Assembly (NCBI GenBank): GCA_963806665.1
Contig: CAWDYM010000002.1
Span: 2,326-66,325 of the forward strand
Length of the DNA: 64,000 bases
Source: an uncultured Alphaproteobacteria bacterium
Lineage (GTDB): Bacteria > Pseudomonadota > Alphaproteobacteria > Rhizobiales > Beijerinckiaceae
Reading direction: 5' to 3'
Shown: positions 10,616 to 19,641 of the stretch, piece after piece
How positions within the stretch are numbered: position 1 is the stretch's first letter
Layout of the letters: the number at the start of each line of letters is the position of its first letter
Made by a program: the position numbers and the translations under genes
The notes under the pieces: generated by a model
The model's input: only the letters and a program-made list of their open reading frames with translations
Told to the model about the DNA's origin: nothing
Database searches by the model: none

Positions 10616-13600
10616 TGTCGAAATTTTTCATCGAGCGCCCCGTCCTCGCCAACGTCATCGCGATTCTCCTCGTCGTCATCGGCGCCGTCGCGCTCTACAA
10701 TCTGCCAGTCTCGCAATATCCCAATATTGTGCCGCCGACTGTTCAGGTGACCGCGCGCTATCCCGGCGCGAGCCCGCAGACGGTGATCGATACGGTCGCC
10801 CTGCCGATCGAGCTGCAGGTCAATGGCGTCGACGGCATGCTCTACATGCAGTCGGCCAGCGCCGCCGATGGCACTTATACGCTGACGGTGACGTTCAAGA
10901 TCGGCATGGACCCGGACAACGCCCAGGTTCTGGTTCAGAACCGGGTGTCCAATGCGCTCGCCTCTCTGCCGATGGCGGTTCAGGCCCAGGGCGTCGCGGT
11001 CAACAAGAAGTCGACCGCGATCCTGCAGATCATCACCCTCGTCTCGCCGAATGGGACGCATGACGCGCTGTTCCTCAGCAATTACGCGACGATCAATCTC
11101 GTCAACGAGCTTGCGCGCCTTCCCGGCGTCGGCAACGCAAATGTCTTCGGCGCCGGCAAATACGCCATGCGCATCTGGATGGATCCCGAGAAGCTGCATT
11201 CCTTCGGATTGCAGCCGTCCGACGTTATCAAGGCGGTCCAGCAGCAGAGTCAGGTTGTCGCCGCGGGTCAGACCGGCATGCCGCCGGCGCCGAGCTCCCA
11301 GGACTTTCAATACACGATCGACATCCAGTCGCGTCTCGACGATCCGGCGGAGTTCGCCAACATCATCGTCAAGGCGCAGACCACTCAGGGCGGCCGGCTG
11401 GTCAGGGTGAAGGATATCGGGCGCATCGAACTTGGGTCGCAGAATTATTCCCAGCAGACCTATGTCGATGGAAAGCCCGCGGCCTTCATCGCGATCTATC
11501 AGACCCCGGACGCCAACTCGTTGCAGGTCGGCAGAGAAGTCAAGGCGAGGATGGACAACCTCGCGCGCCGCTTCCCCAACGACCTCGTCTACGACATCCC
11601 TTACGATACGACGATCTTCGTGAAAGCATCGATCGACGAAGTCTATCACACGCTATACGAGGCGGGCTTCCTCGTCTTGGCCGTCATTCTGTTCTTCCTC
11701 CAGAATTTCCGCGCGACGCTTGTGCCCGCGACGACCGTGCCGATCACCATCATCGGCGCCTTCGCGGCGATGGCGGGCCTCGGCTACACCGTCAATCTCT
11801 CGACGCTCTTTGGCATCGTGCTCGCGATCGGCATCGTGGTCGACGACGCGATCGTCATTGTCGAGGCGGTCTCAGCCGACATCGAGCGCGGCATGTCCAG
11901 CCACGATGCAGCGGTCAAGGCCATGTCGGAATTGACCGGGCCGATCATCGGCATCACGCTCGTGCTGATGGCGGTGTTCCTGCCCGCGGCCTTCCTACCG
12001 GGCCTCACCGGCAGGATGCTCGCCCAGTTCGCGGTGGTCATTGCAGCGACCGCGTTCATCAGCGCCCTCAACGCCATGACGCTGAAGCCGACGCAATGCG
12101 CCCTGTGGCTCCAACCCGCCGTCCCGCCGGAGCAGCGCAACGCCGTCTACCGGCTGTTCAACGCGCTTTACGATCCGCTGGAGCGCGCCTATGCCCGATT
12201 GGTTGAGTGGCTTGTCGTGCGCAGCCGCACTGTCGTGATCGTCGGGCTTCTCACCTCGCTTGCGGGCATCATCGGCGTCGCGCGTTTGCCGACGGCCTTC
12301 ATCCCCAACGAGGATCAGGGTTTTGCGATGACGGCGGTGCAGCTGCCCGAGGGCGCCGCGCTGGGGCGGACGATCAATGCCCTGCAGGAGGTCGGAAAAC
12401 TGGCGCTCGGGACACCCGGGGTGAAGAAGGTGCTGACGATCGCCGGCATTTCCGTTCTCGACAACAGCGCCTCGCTTGCAAACGCTGGCGTTAATTATGT
12501 CATCTTCGATGATTGGGAAGCGCGCGATAAAAGCAAGGGCGAGGATATTGTTTCGCTCGTGACGACCTTGCAGAAGAAGGTCGAGACCCTTTCGGACGGC
12601 CGCGCCTTCATGATCGTTCCGCCTGCGATCCAGGGCATCGGGAACGCGGGCGGCTTCCAGATGCAGCTCGAATTACTGGGCGGCAGCTTCAGTTTTCCCA
12701 AGCTCTCCGAAGGCGCGAACGCTATCGTATCCGCCACGAAATCAAACCCGTCGGTTCAGCGCGTGCTGACGACCTTTCGCGTATCTGCGCCGCATGTCGG
12801 GGTCGAAGTCGATCGCGTGCAGGCCGAAAGCCTTCGCGTCTCGGTCGGGGACGTCCTCGCCACGCTGACCTCCTATGTGGGGTCGAGTTACGTAAATCAA
12901 TTCGTCAAATACGGGCTTCCACTGCAGGTCTACGTCCAGGCCGATTCCCGTTACCGGCTTCAGCCCGATGACCTTCTCGGCATGTATGTCCGCAGTCAGG
13001 ATGGCAATATGGTGCCGCTCGGGACGCTCGCGCGCCTCACCGAAACCACGGCGCCAGCGCTGATCACGCTCTACAATCTCTATCCGTCCGCCAACATTGT
13101 CGGCTCGCCGAGCCGCGGCTTCAGTTCGGGGCAGGCGATGGACTCGATGGAGACAATCGCAAAAGCGACATTGCCGCACGATATCGCATTCGAGTGGAGT
13201 GCGCTCTCGTTGCAGGAGAAGATCACGGGCAATCTGCTTTACTGGTCTTTCGCCCTCTCCGTGCTGCTCGTCTATCTCGTGCTCGCGGGTCAATATGAGA
13301 GCTGGATTCTCCCGCTCGCCGTCATCGCAGCCGTGCCGCTCGCCCTCATCGGGCCGATGTTGACTCTCACAGGCCTCGGCATCGACAATAATCTCTATGT
13401 GCAGATCGGCCTCATGCTGCTTATCGCACTCTCGGCGAAGAACGGCATTCTCATCGTCGAGGTGGCGCGAGAGCATCGCATTTTCGGCGGCAAGCCCATC
13501 ATCGAATCGGCCATACACGCGGCCACGGTGCGTTTCCGTCCCATTCTGATGACATCTTTCGCCTTCATCCTCGGCGTCGTGCCGCTCGCCATCGCCACCG

Positions 13601-13830
13601 GCGCGGGCGCCAATGCGCGCCGTTCGCTTGGCGTCAGCGTCCTGACCGGCATGCTCTCGTCCACCTGTCTCGCCGTCGTCTTCGTGCCGGCGTTCTTCGT
13701 CGTCTTGCAGGAGATCGACGAGGCGCGAAAGCGCAGGAAGAAGCCCGCCGCGATGCCTGAGCCGGAAAGCGACCCCAAGTCCCATGTCGCCGACGACGGT
13801 GGAACGACGGCGCATGTGTCAGACGGGTGA
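10612..13830 (+). CDS. RND multidrug efflux inner-membrane permease (AcrB/MexF-like, HAE1)
   Basis: 1072 aa. N-terminus MSKFFIERPVLANVIAILLV, 12-TM/two-loop architecture, GIVVDDAIVIVE and AKNGILIVE motifs. Confidence 0.95.
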   Translation: MMSKFFIERPVLANVIAILLVVIGAVALYNLPVSQYPNIVPPTVQVTARYPGASPQTVIDTVALPIELQVNGVDGMLYMQSASAADGTYTLTVTFKIGMDPDNAQVLVQNRVSNALASLPMAVQAQGVAVNKKSTAILQIITLVSPNGTHDALFLSNYATINLVNELARLPGVGNANVFGAGKYAMRIWMDPEKLHSFGLQPSDVIKAVQQQSQVVAAGQTGMPPAPSSQDFQYTIDIQSRLDDPAEFANIIVKAQTTQGGRLVRVKDIGRIELGSQNYSQQTYVDGKPAAFIAIYQTPDANSLQVGREVKARMDNLARRFPNDLVYDIPYDTTIFVKASIDEVYHTLYEAGFLVLAVILFFLQNFRATLVPATTVPITIIGAFAAMAGLGYTVNLSTLFGIVLAIGIVVDDAIVIVEAVSADIERGMSSHDAAVKAMSELTGPIIGITLVLMAVFLPAAFLPGLTGRMLAQFAVVIAATAFISALNAMTLKPTQCALWLQPAVPPEQRNAVYRLFNALYDPLERAYARLVEWLVVRSRTVVIVGLLTSLAGIIGVARLPTAFIPNEDQGFAMTAVQLPEGAALGRTINALQEVGKLALGTPGVKKVLTIAGISVLDNSASLANAGVNYVIFDDWEARDKSKGEDIVSLVTTLQKKVETLSDGRAFMIVPPAIQGIGNAGGFQMQLELLGGSFSFPKLSEGANAIVSATKSNPSVQRVLTTFRVSAPHVGVEVDRVQAESLRVSVGDVLATLTSYVGSSYVNQFVKYGLPLQVYVQADSRYRLQPDDLLGMYVRSQDGNMVPLGTLARLTETTAPALITLYNLYPSANIVGSPSRGFSSGQAMDSMETIAKATLPHDIAFEWSALSLQEKITGNLLYWSFALSVLLVYLVLAGQYESWILPLAVIAAVPLALIGPMLTLTGLGIDNNLYVQIGLMLLIALSAKNGILIVEVAREHRIFGGKPIIESAIHAATVRFRPILMTSFAFILGVVPLAIATGAGANARRSLGVSVLTGMLSSTCLAVVFVPAFFVVLQEIDEARKRRKKPAAMPEPESDPKSHVADDGGTTAHVSDG

Positions 13831-13948
13831 TGTCGCCTGTCGGTCCGGCGATCGAACCAAAGCCGAAGAAGCCTTGCGAGCAAGAGAGAGCCGCGCGTCG
13901 CTGGCTTTGTCCATAGGCCGATCAGCGACCAGCGGGCTGTCGATTACT

Positions 13949-15937
13949 TCAAAGCGCACGGCGTGGAGACGCCAATATCTCTTCCAGCGCGTCCAATTTG
14001 ATCGGCTTTACAAGGTGATGGTCGAAACCTGCTTCGATGGCGCGACTACGATCGTCAGCCTGGCCCCACCCGGTCGCCGCGACCAGAACAATGTTTCTCC
14101 CTTCGGGGAGCATGCGGATCCGGCGTGCGGTTTCGTAACCGTCCAATCCGGGCATGCCAATGTCGATGAACGCGAGGCATGGCTTGAACGCAGCGGTCGC
14201 GGCCAGCGCGCCGTCGCCGTCGTAAGCAACGCATACCTCCAACCCCAGACAGTCCAATAACAGCCTGAAACTTTCGACGACGCTCGGATTGTCGTCGACG
14301 ACGAGGATTTTACGGCATGGGTACGATCGAGCGACGCCGCTCGACTTCAAAACACGACTGGAGGGAGTAAGTTTCTGGATTGGGAGGCGCACCACGAACT
14401 CGCTCCCGTTGCCGGGGCCCTGACTGGCGGCGTCGATCTGGCCGCCGTGGAGATGAACGATACTGTGGGCGAGAGCCAAGCCGATGCCGAGGCCGCCCTC
14501 GGCGCGGCCTAGAGAGTTGTACGACTGCGTGAATAGGCCAAAAACGCGGGGAAGCATCTCTGTCGAAATGCCGATCCCATTGTCGCGTACGCGCACGATG
14601 ATTTCGTCGCCGCGCCGCTCCGCTCCCAACCAAATGCATCCGCCTTCGTCGCTATATTTGGCGGCGTTATTGAGGAGATTGGCGAACACCTGCGCGAGCC
14701 GAACGGGGTCTGCATCGAGCGTCATGGACGGAAGGGGCTCATCGATCGTGAGAGTATGTCCACGCTCCTGGATGTGGGGCTGGCTGGTAGCAATGGCATG
14801 GCGAAGAATTTCGGCGAGATCGCACCGCTCCTTTCTCAATTCAATCTTGCCGCTCGTGACGCGCGAAACTTCGAGAAGATCATCCACAAGGCGAACGAGA
14901 TGATCGACCTGACGTTCGACGATATCGAGAAGCGACCGCCTCTTGTCCTTGGCCTCTGAAGTGTCGCCGTCGTCTCTTTGAAGAACATAAACGGCGCTGC
15001 GGATCGGCGCGAGCGGATTACGCAATTCATGTGCGAGCGTTGCGATGAACTCATCTTTTCGGCGATCGTTCAGCCGCAAGGCCTCTTCGGCGATCTTACG
15101 ATGGGTTATGTCCCTCGCAATCACTGTAATCGCGCTGACGCCGCCGTCGGGCTTGGCCTTGATAGGGGACATTCCGAATGAAACGTCGAAGCGGCGGCCG
15201 TCCTTCGTGACGCAGATCGTATCGAATTCCGCAATCTGTTCGTGACGCGAGCGCTCCAACAACTCAGCGGCAGTCTCGTGATGTTCGGCGTCAAAAAGCA
15301 TATGGGCATTGCGCCCTATCGCCTCTTGCGCCGTGTAAGCATAGAGCCTTTGAGCGGCTGCGTTCCAGCTTGTGATTGTTCCGTCCGCTTCCAGCGAAAA
15401 GATCGCGTCAGGGGAGGAATTGACGATCGCTTCGTGGTGGAGACGGAGTTCCTGGCGGCTGAGGTCCGTCGCGACAAGGCAATGGACAAGCTCGCCGTCG
15501 ACCGTGAGTTGAGCCGATGAGACGTAAGCGGGCAGGGTTGCGCCGTCGGCCTTCAGTATCCTGGCTTCTCGGCCGCCGCGCGCTTCTATGATAATTTGGC
15601 TTTCGCCCGCGGGACCGACAGTGAATGCGCCGAGTAACTCGCCAACCACGTGCTCGCGTGGTCGCCCAACCATTTGTGCGAAGGCGGAGTTGCAATACAA
15701 GATGACGCCGGCGGCCGAGACAGTGAGCGCGCCCTCCGCCATTTGCTCGACCAAAAGACGGTAAGGATCTGCAGCGCCCTTCAGGGTGTAGACGGCGGGA
15801 TGCGTCGGCCCGTCAACGACGATGGCGTCGACTTCGCCGGCGCGAATGGCGTGCAGCATGTCTTCCGCCTCGGACAAACGGAGGCGGAGACCATCCGCTT
15901 CTGCCCTCAATGCTCTGATGGTGGCTTCCACGCTCAT
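13949..15937 (-). CDS. Hybrid sensor histidine kinase (coiled coil, 2 PAS, HisKA, HATPase_c, receiver), last gene of the kai operon
   Basis: 662 aa. H-box FIATLAHELRNPL, N-box NLLNNAAKY, G-boxes DNGIGI / GGLGIGL, and a C-terminal receiver (ILVVDDN...DIGMPGLDG...KP). The start ATG overlaps the kaiB' stop (ATGA). Confidence 0.9.
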   Translation of the reverse strand: MSVEATIRALRAEADGLRLRLSEAEDMLHAIRAGEVDAIVVDGPTHPAVYTLKGAADPYRLLVEQMAEGALTVSAAGVILYCNSAFAQMVGRPREHVVGELLGAFTVGPAGESQIIIEARGGREARILKADGATLPAYVSSAQLTVDGELVHCLVATDLSRQELRLHHEAIVNSSPDAIFSLEADGTITSWNAAAQRLYAYTAQEAIGRNAHMLFDAEHHETAAELLERSRHEQIAEFDTICVTKDGRRFDVSFGMSPIKAKPDGGVSAITVIARDITHRKIAEEALRLNDRRKDEFIATLAHELRNPLAPIRSAVYVLQRDDGDTSEAKDKRRSLLDIVERQVDHLVRLVDDLLEVSRVTSGKIELRKERCDLAEILRHAIATSQPHIQERGHTLTIDEPLPSMTLDADPVRLAQVFANLLNNAAKYSDEGGCIWLGAERRGDEIIVRVRDNGIGISTEMLPRVFGLFTQSYNSLGRAEGGLGIGLALAHSIVHLHGGQIDAASQGPGNGSEFVVRLPIQKLTPSSRVLKSSGVARSYPCRKILVVDDNPSVVESFRLLLDCLGLEVCVAYDGDGALAATAAFKPCLAFIDIGMPGLDGYETARRIRMLPEGRNIVLVAATGWGQADDRSRAIEAGFDHHLVKPIKLDALEEILASPRRAL

Positions 15938-16203
15938 TCAACCTTGAGTGATGCAAGTCTTCCGGGCTCCGACATGTCGCTAAACAAAAGGCGCACCGGG
16001 GTTGGCCTCGCGCGCACGAGGGTCGGAGAAACGACTATGTTAGCGGGCTGGGCACGTTCCGGATGCTCATAGAGGTCGACGATCTCAAGCTCCACAGAAT
16101 CGAGTTCGCTCGCGCAGAAGGCGCGCACGTTCGCGACGGCGCGCATTGATCGGGCTGTCGTGCCTGTAATGAAGAGGGTCAGTACGTAGCGAGCTTGGGC
16201 CAT
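15934..16203 (-). CDS. Divergent KaiB-like (thioredoxin-fold) protein
   Basis: ARYVLTLFITGTTARSMRAVANVRAF...VSPTLVRARPTPVRLLFSDMSE aligns with the KaiB pattern YVLKLYVAG.T..S..A...L......ATPTL.K..P.PVRKIIGDLSD. ATG at 16203 is preceded by GAGGGG. The ORF track gives a TTG start at 16221 instead. Confidence 0.7.
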   Translation of the reverse strand: MAQARYVLTLFITGTTARSMRAVANVRAFCASELDSVELEIVDLYEHPERAQPANIVVSPTLVRARPTPVRLLFSDMSEPGRLASLKVE

Positions 16204-16217
16204 CGAAGACGTTCCCC

Positions 16218-16526
16218 TCAACCCAAATGGGCGCGCGGACGAATGTCCAATCCCACAAGAACGCGTTCTTCGTTCGAAAGGTCTCCAATGATTTTCTTTA
16301 TAGGCTCAGGGAGGCGACGCACCAGTGTCGGGATCGCGAGGATCTGATCTCCTTCAGCGAGTTGTGGTCGCTCGAGAAGATCGATTACCTCGATCGAGTA
16401 ACGCCCTTCGAGATGCTGGGCGCAGATCCGGTTGAGATTCTTGATGGCGCGAACGGATTTTTCCGTATGTCCTGCGACGTAAAGGCGCAGATCCCAACGC
16501 TCTTCCTCGGGAGGGGATAAGGTCAT
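16218..16526 (-). CDS. kaiB: Circadian clock protein KaiB
   Basis: 102 aa: [84 protein letters not shown]. This is a near-canonical KaiB. The start overlaps the kaiC stop (ATGA). Confidence 0.85.
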   Translation of the reverse strand: MTLSPPEEERWDLRLYVAGHTEKSVRAIKNLNRICAQHLEGRYSIEVIDLLERPQLAEGDQILAIPTLVRRLPEPIKKIIGDLSNEERVLVGLDIRPRAHLG

Positions 16527-17981
16527 CGGCTTGCTTCATGCAAACGCACGCCTGACTTGGAGATCTCCATAATTCGCCGCTTCGTGGAATGGGCCAAGCC
16601 TCGAGATTTCACGATGTGAAGTCGTCGAGCGAAATTATCGTCAACCATGAAATTACGCACCGAAATCCAGGTGTCCATAATTGACGAGACGCTCAAGTCT
16701 GTATGCCGTTCGTCCAACTGCAGAGCTGTAAAGAGCGCGGTGACGCCAATCGTTTTGAGGTGGTCAATCAGACGCAGCAGCATGCCCTGGGTCTGTTGCT
16801 GCGTGCCGCTCGAGAGCAAAGCCGAGAGCGGGTCGACGACCGCGACATCCGGCCGGAAGCTGTCGATCTCCTTCAGCATAGACGCAAGATGCGGCTCCAG
16901 ACCCTGAAGGCTTGGCCGGGCCGAATGACAGCGCAGCGCTCCGGAATCGATCCAGGGCTGCAGATCAATTCCCAGGGAACGCATGTTGCGCGTCAGCTGA
17001 CTGGGGCTTTCTTCAAAGGAGAAGAAGGAACACCGCTCGCCTCGACGACAGGCGGCTTCAGCGAAGTGAGCTGATATGCTGGTTTTGCCGGTGCCGGCGC
17101 CTCCACCCAGCAAAACGCTTGATCCCTTGTAGAACCCTTTCGCCCCGAGCATGTCGTCGAGGTCGGAAATGCCCGTCGGCACCCGCTCGTTCGAGGCGAT
17201 CTGAGCGAGGCCAATGGACGTCACCGGGAGGATGGTGATGCCGTCGCGGTCGATCAAGAAGGGGTATTCGTTCGTGCCATGTACCGAGCCGCGATATTTG
17301 AGCACGCGCAGGCGACGTGTGGAAGACTGCTCGATGAACTCGATGATCCAGCACGATCACGCAGTCGGAAACATATTCTTCAACCCCATGGCGCGTTAAC
17401 CCGTCTTCACCGCGTTCGGCGGCGATCACAGTCGACAGCCCGCGATCTTTCAGCCAATTCTGGAGGCGACCGAACTCGGAACGAACAATTGCAAGATTTG
17501 GAATGCCCGCAGAGAGTGTGTCGATACTGTCGAAAACGACGCGTTTGGCTTTTACGCGGGCGATCGCATGTCCAAGCCGCACGAACAGACCTTCGAGATC
17601 GTAATCGCCGGCCTCATGCATCGCCTGTCGGTCGAGCCAGACGTAATCTGTCGCAATCAGGCCTTTGTCCTGCAGTTCGGGCAGATCGAACCCCAAAGAA
17701 GAGACGTTGGCGAAAAGATCCTCAACACGCTCATCGAAGGAAACGAAGACGCCCGGTTCGCCATAGTCGCATGCACCCTTGACCAGAAAGGTCGCGCCCA
17801 ACAAAGTCTTTCCGCAGCCCGGCCCGCCGCAGACCAACGTGGCCCGTCCCGCTGGCAAACCGCCGCCGGTTAGCTCGTCTAAGCCTTTGACACCACTTGG
17901 TATTTTCCTTAGTTCCAGCACAACTATTCCCCGCCCCCGCGGCCGCTGGGAAATCATCATATATTGTTGCGCCGATGACAA
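16523..17981 (-). pseudogene. kaiC: KaiC (double RecA-like ATPase/autokinase), frame broken by one extra base
   Basis: CI half (ORF 17058-17981): GLDELTGGGLPAGRATLVCGGPGCGKT, good up to DCVIVLDHRV. CII half in the +1 frame (ORF 16523-17305): IEQSSTRRLRVLKYRGSVHGTNEYPFLI...GGGAGTGKT...FSFEES...LSVSSIMDT (phospho-site region). The junction is at 17336-17339. The reconstructed length is about 485 aa. Confidence 0.85.
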
Positions 17982-18102
17982 GGGAGCCGAAGTCGCACCC
18001 CTTTCACAATAATTCAGCGCGTATGCTGCAACGATTTAGCTTCGCGATGAGGTCTTCTACTTAACCCGAGGGGACAGGTTTTTCTCGGACGATTCATGTG
18101 TT

Positions 18103-18771
18103 TTGGATGCTGCCTCGCGTGAGCGGACGCTTGGAGTTGAAGAGGCTTTGCACAGGCGGCACGCCATTGTCGATCTCGAGATCAGGCCTCTGATTGCCTC
18201 GGACACGGGCGCAGCGGCGCAGTTTCTCGCGCAAAGCTTCAAACAAAGTCCGTTGTTCGAATATGCTCTCCCGAATACGACGAAGCTCACTGTGCTGGGC
18301 GCTTTATTCCGCGCCATTGTCGACGATGCGATGACATTCGGGCGCATTGAAGTGGCGATTGCTAACGAAATCGTCGGGCTATTCTTGTGGTATCCGCCAG
18401 GCCGCTACCCGATGTCAGTCTGGCGCGAACTGCGAGGGTCGCCCCGCTATCTCAAATGCGCCGCGCTGGCGCCGCTCGGGCTCATGAAGCTGTATCGGGT
18501 CCAGGCCTCGCTCGATCGGGTGCGACCGCAGCAATCGCACTGTCATGGCCATTTTCTGGCGGGGCGTCCGGGAGCCGGAATTACTGCGCTGCTTGGTCGA
18601 CGAATGCTCGATGAAGCCGATTCCTGCGGCTGGCCAAGCTATCTGGAGACGCAGGACGTGCGGACGGTCGCGCTTTATCTTCGGCTCGGTTTCGAAGTCT
18701 GCCGCTCACAATTCGTGGGCGTGCCCGGCGCGCCTCCGACCTGGACGATGTGGCGAGAGCCGCGGGCGTAA
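18103..18771 (+). CDS. GNAT-family N-acetyltransferase (putative)
   Basis: 222 aa. The C-terminal LLGRRMLDEADSCGWPSYLETQDVRTVALYLRLGFEV resembles the acetyl-CoA-binding/beta-bulge core of small GNATs. The N-terminal part is unassigned. Confidence 0.5.
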   Translation: MDAASRERTLGVEEALHRRHAIVDLEIRPLIASDTGAAAQFLAQSFKQSPLFEYALPNTTKLTVLGALFRAIVDDAMTFGRIEVAIANEIVGLFLWYPPGRYPMSVWRELRGSPRYLKCAALAPLGLMKLYRVQASLDRVRPQQSHCHGHFLAGRPGAGITALLGRRMLDEADSCGWPSYLETQDVRTVALYLRLGFEVCRSQFVGVPGAPPTWTMWREPRA

Positions 18772-18951
18772 TCACGCCCCGATCCGCCACTCACGCATAA
18801 GCCGCATTTCGCATTTTTATATTGTCGGCGGCGCCGAGTTCATTAAGCTCGACAATGGCGCCTCGCCGTTCAGGCGAGGGAACATGATCTCACGACTGCT
18901 CGTTGCCGGGTTGGATGAAGCCAACCGGCGCTCAGACAGGGTAAGAGGCAG

Positions 18952-19641
18952 ATGGTTGCGCTCTTGGAGAAAAACATCTGCGCGAGAGACACGCAGGACG
19001 GACGGCGATTTCTCCGCTCCCTATGGCTCATCGCAAGTTCCGCGCTTTTATTCAGCGTCGTGAGCGTCGCTCTTGACGGGCTTTTCGCGTCGGGAAGCTC
19101 TTTCGAGGACGGAGCCGTATGGATTTACGACATTGCGATTTACGGCCTGGCCGCCATCTCCTTTGGGCGTGGCGCAGTTCTGGAGCGAGCCACCGCCGCC
19201 TTGCTTGCGGTGGTCCTTCTCGTGGCTGGATGCCAGGGCTCCTACGACATCTGGTGCGAATTGGCGCGCAAACTCCCCGATGCGTCGGGCAGCTCGCCGG
19301 TTTCTGAGATCCTCCTTCCGACAGGTTCCGCCTTCGAGGCCGCTCTGCTCTTCCGGTTCCGGAAGGTCGGCGATCCTTTGATGCAGGCGACCTGGCTTTC
19401 CGCCCGCAACTCGGCTGCGATCGCGCTTATCGGAGCGGCGCTGCCGCTCGTCTTTCAAAAATCATGTGAGGGGCCTGAAATGGTCGTCGCGTGCCTCGAC
19501 ACTTTCCTCGCGTTTCAGGCTGCGCTCATCGTGGCCTATGAAGCTTATCCGCGTCGCGATGCGTCATCGGGCCGGCTCGGCGGGCGAGCCTATCCAAGCG
19601 GTGTGGGCGGGAATCTTCTCCCCCTTCATAACGACGGTTAG
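18952..19641 (+). CDS. Polytopic membrane protein, weak resemblance to a CDF-type cation-efflux transmembrane domain
   Basis: 229 aa with 5-6 hydrophobic segments. FGRGAVLERATAALLAV and SARNSAAIALIGAALPLVF loosely recall CDF TM motifs. The 3' end overlaps the convergent NRPS gene by 78 nt. Confidence 0.35.
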   Translation: MVALLEKNICARDTQDGRRFLRSLWLIASSALLFSVVSVALDGLFASGSSFEDGAVWIYDIAIYGLAAISFGRGAVLERATAALLAVVLLVAGCQGSYDIWCELARKLPDASGSSPVSEILLPTGSAFEAALLFRFRKVGDPLMQATWLSARNSAAIALIGAALPLVFQKSCEGPEMVVACLDTFLAFQAALIVAYEAYPRRDASSGRLGGRAYPSGVGGNLLPLHNDG

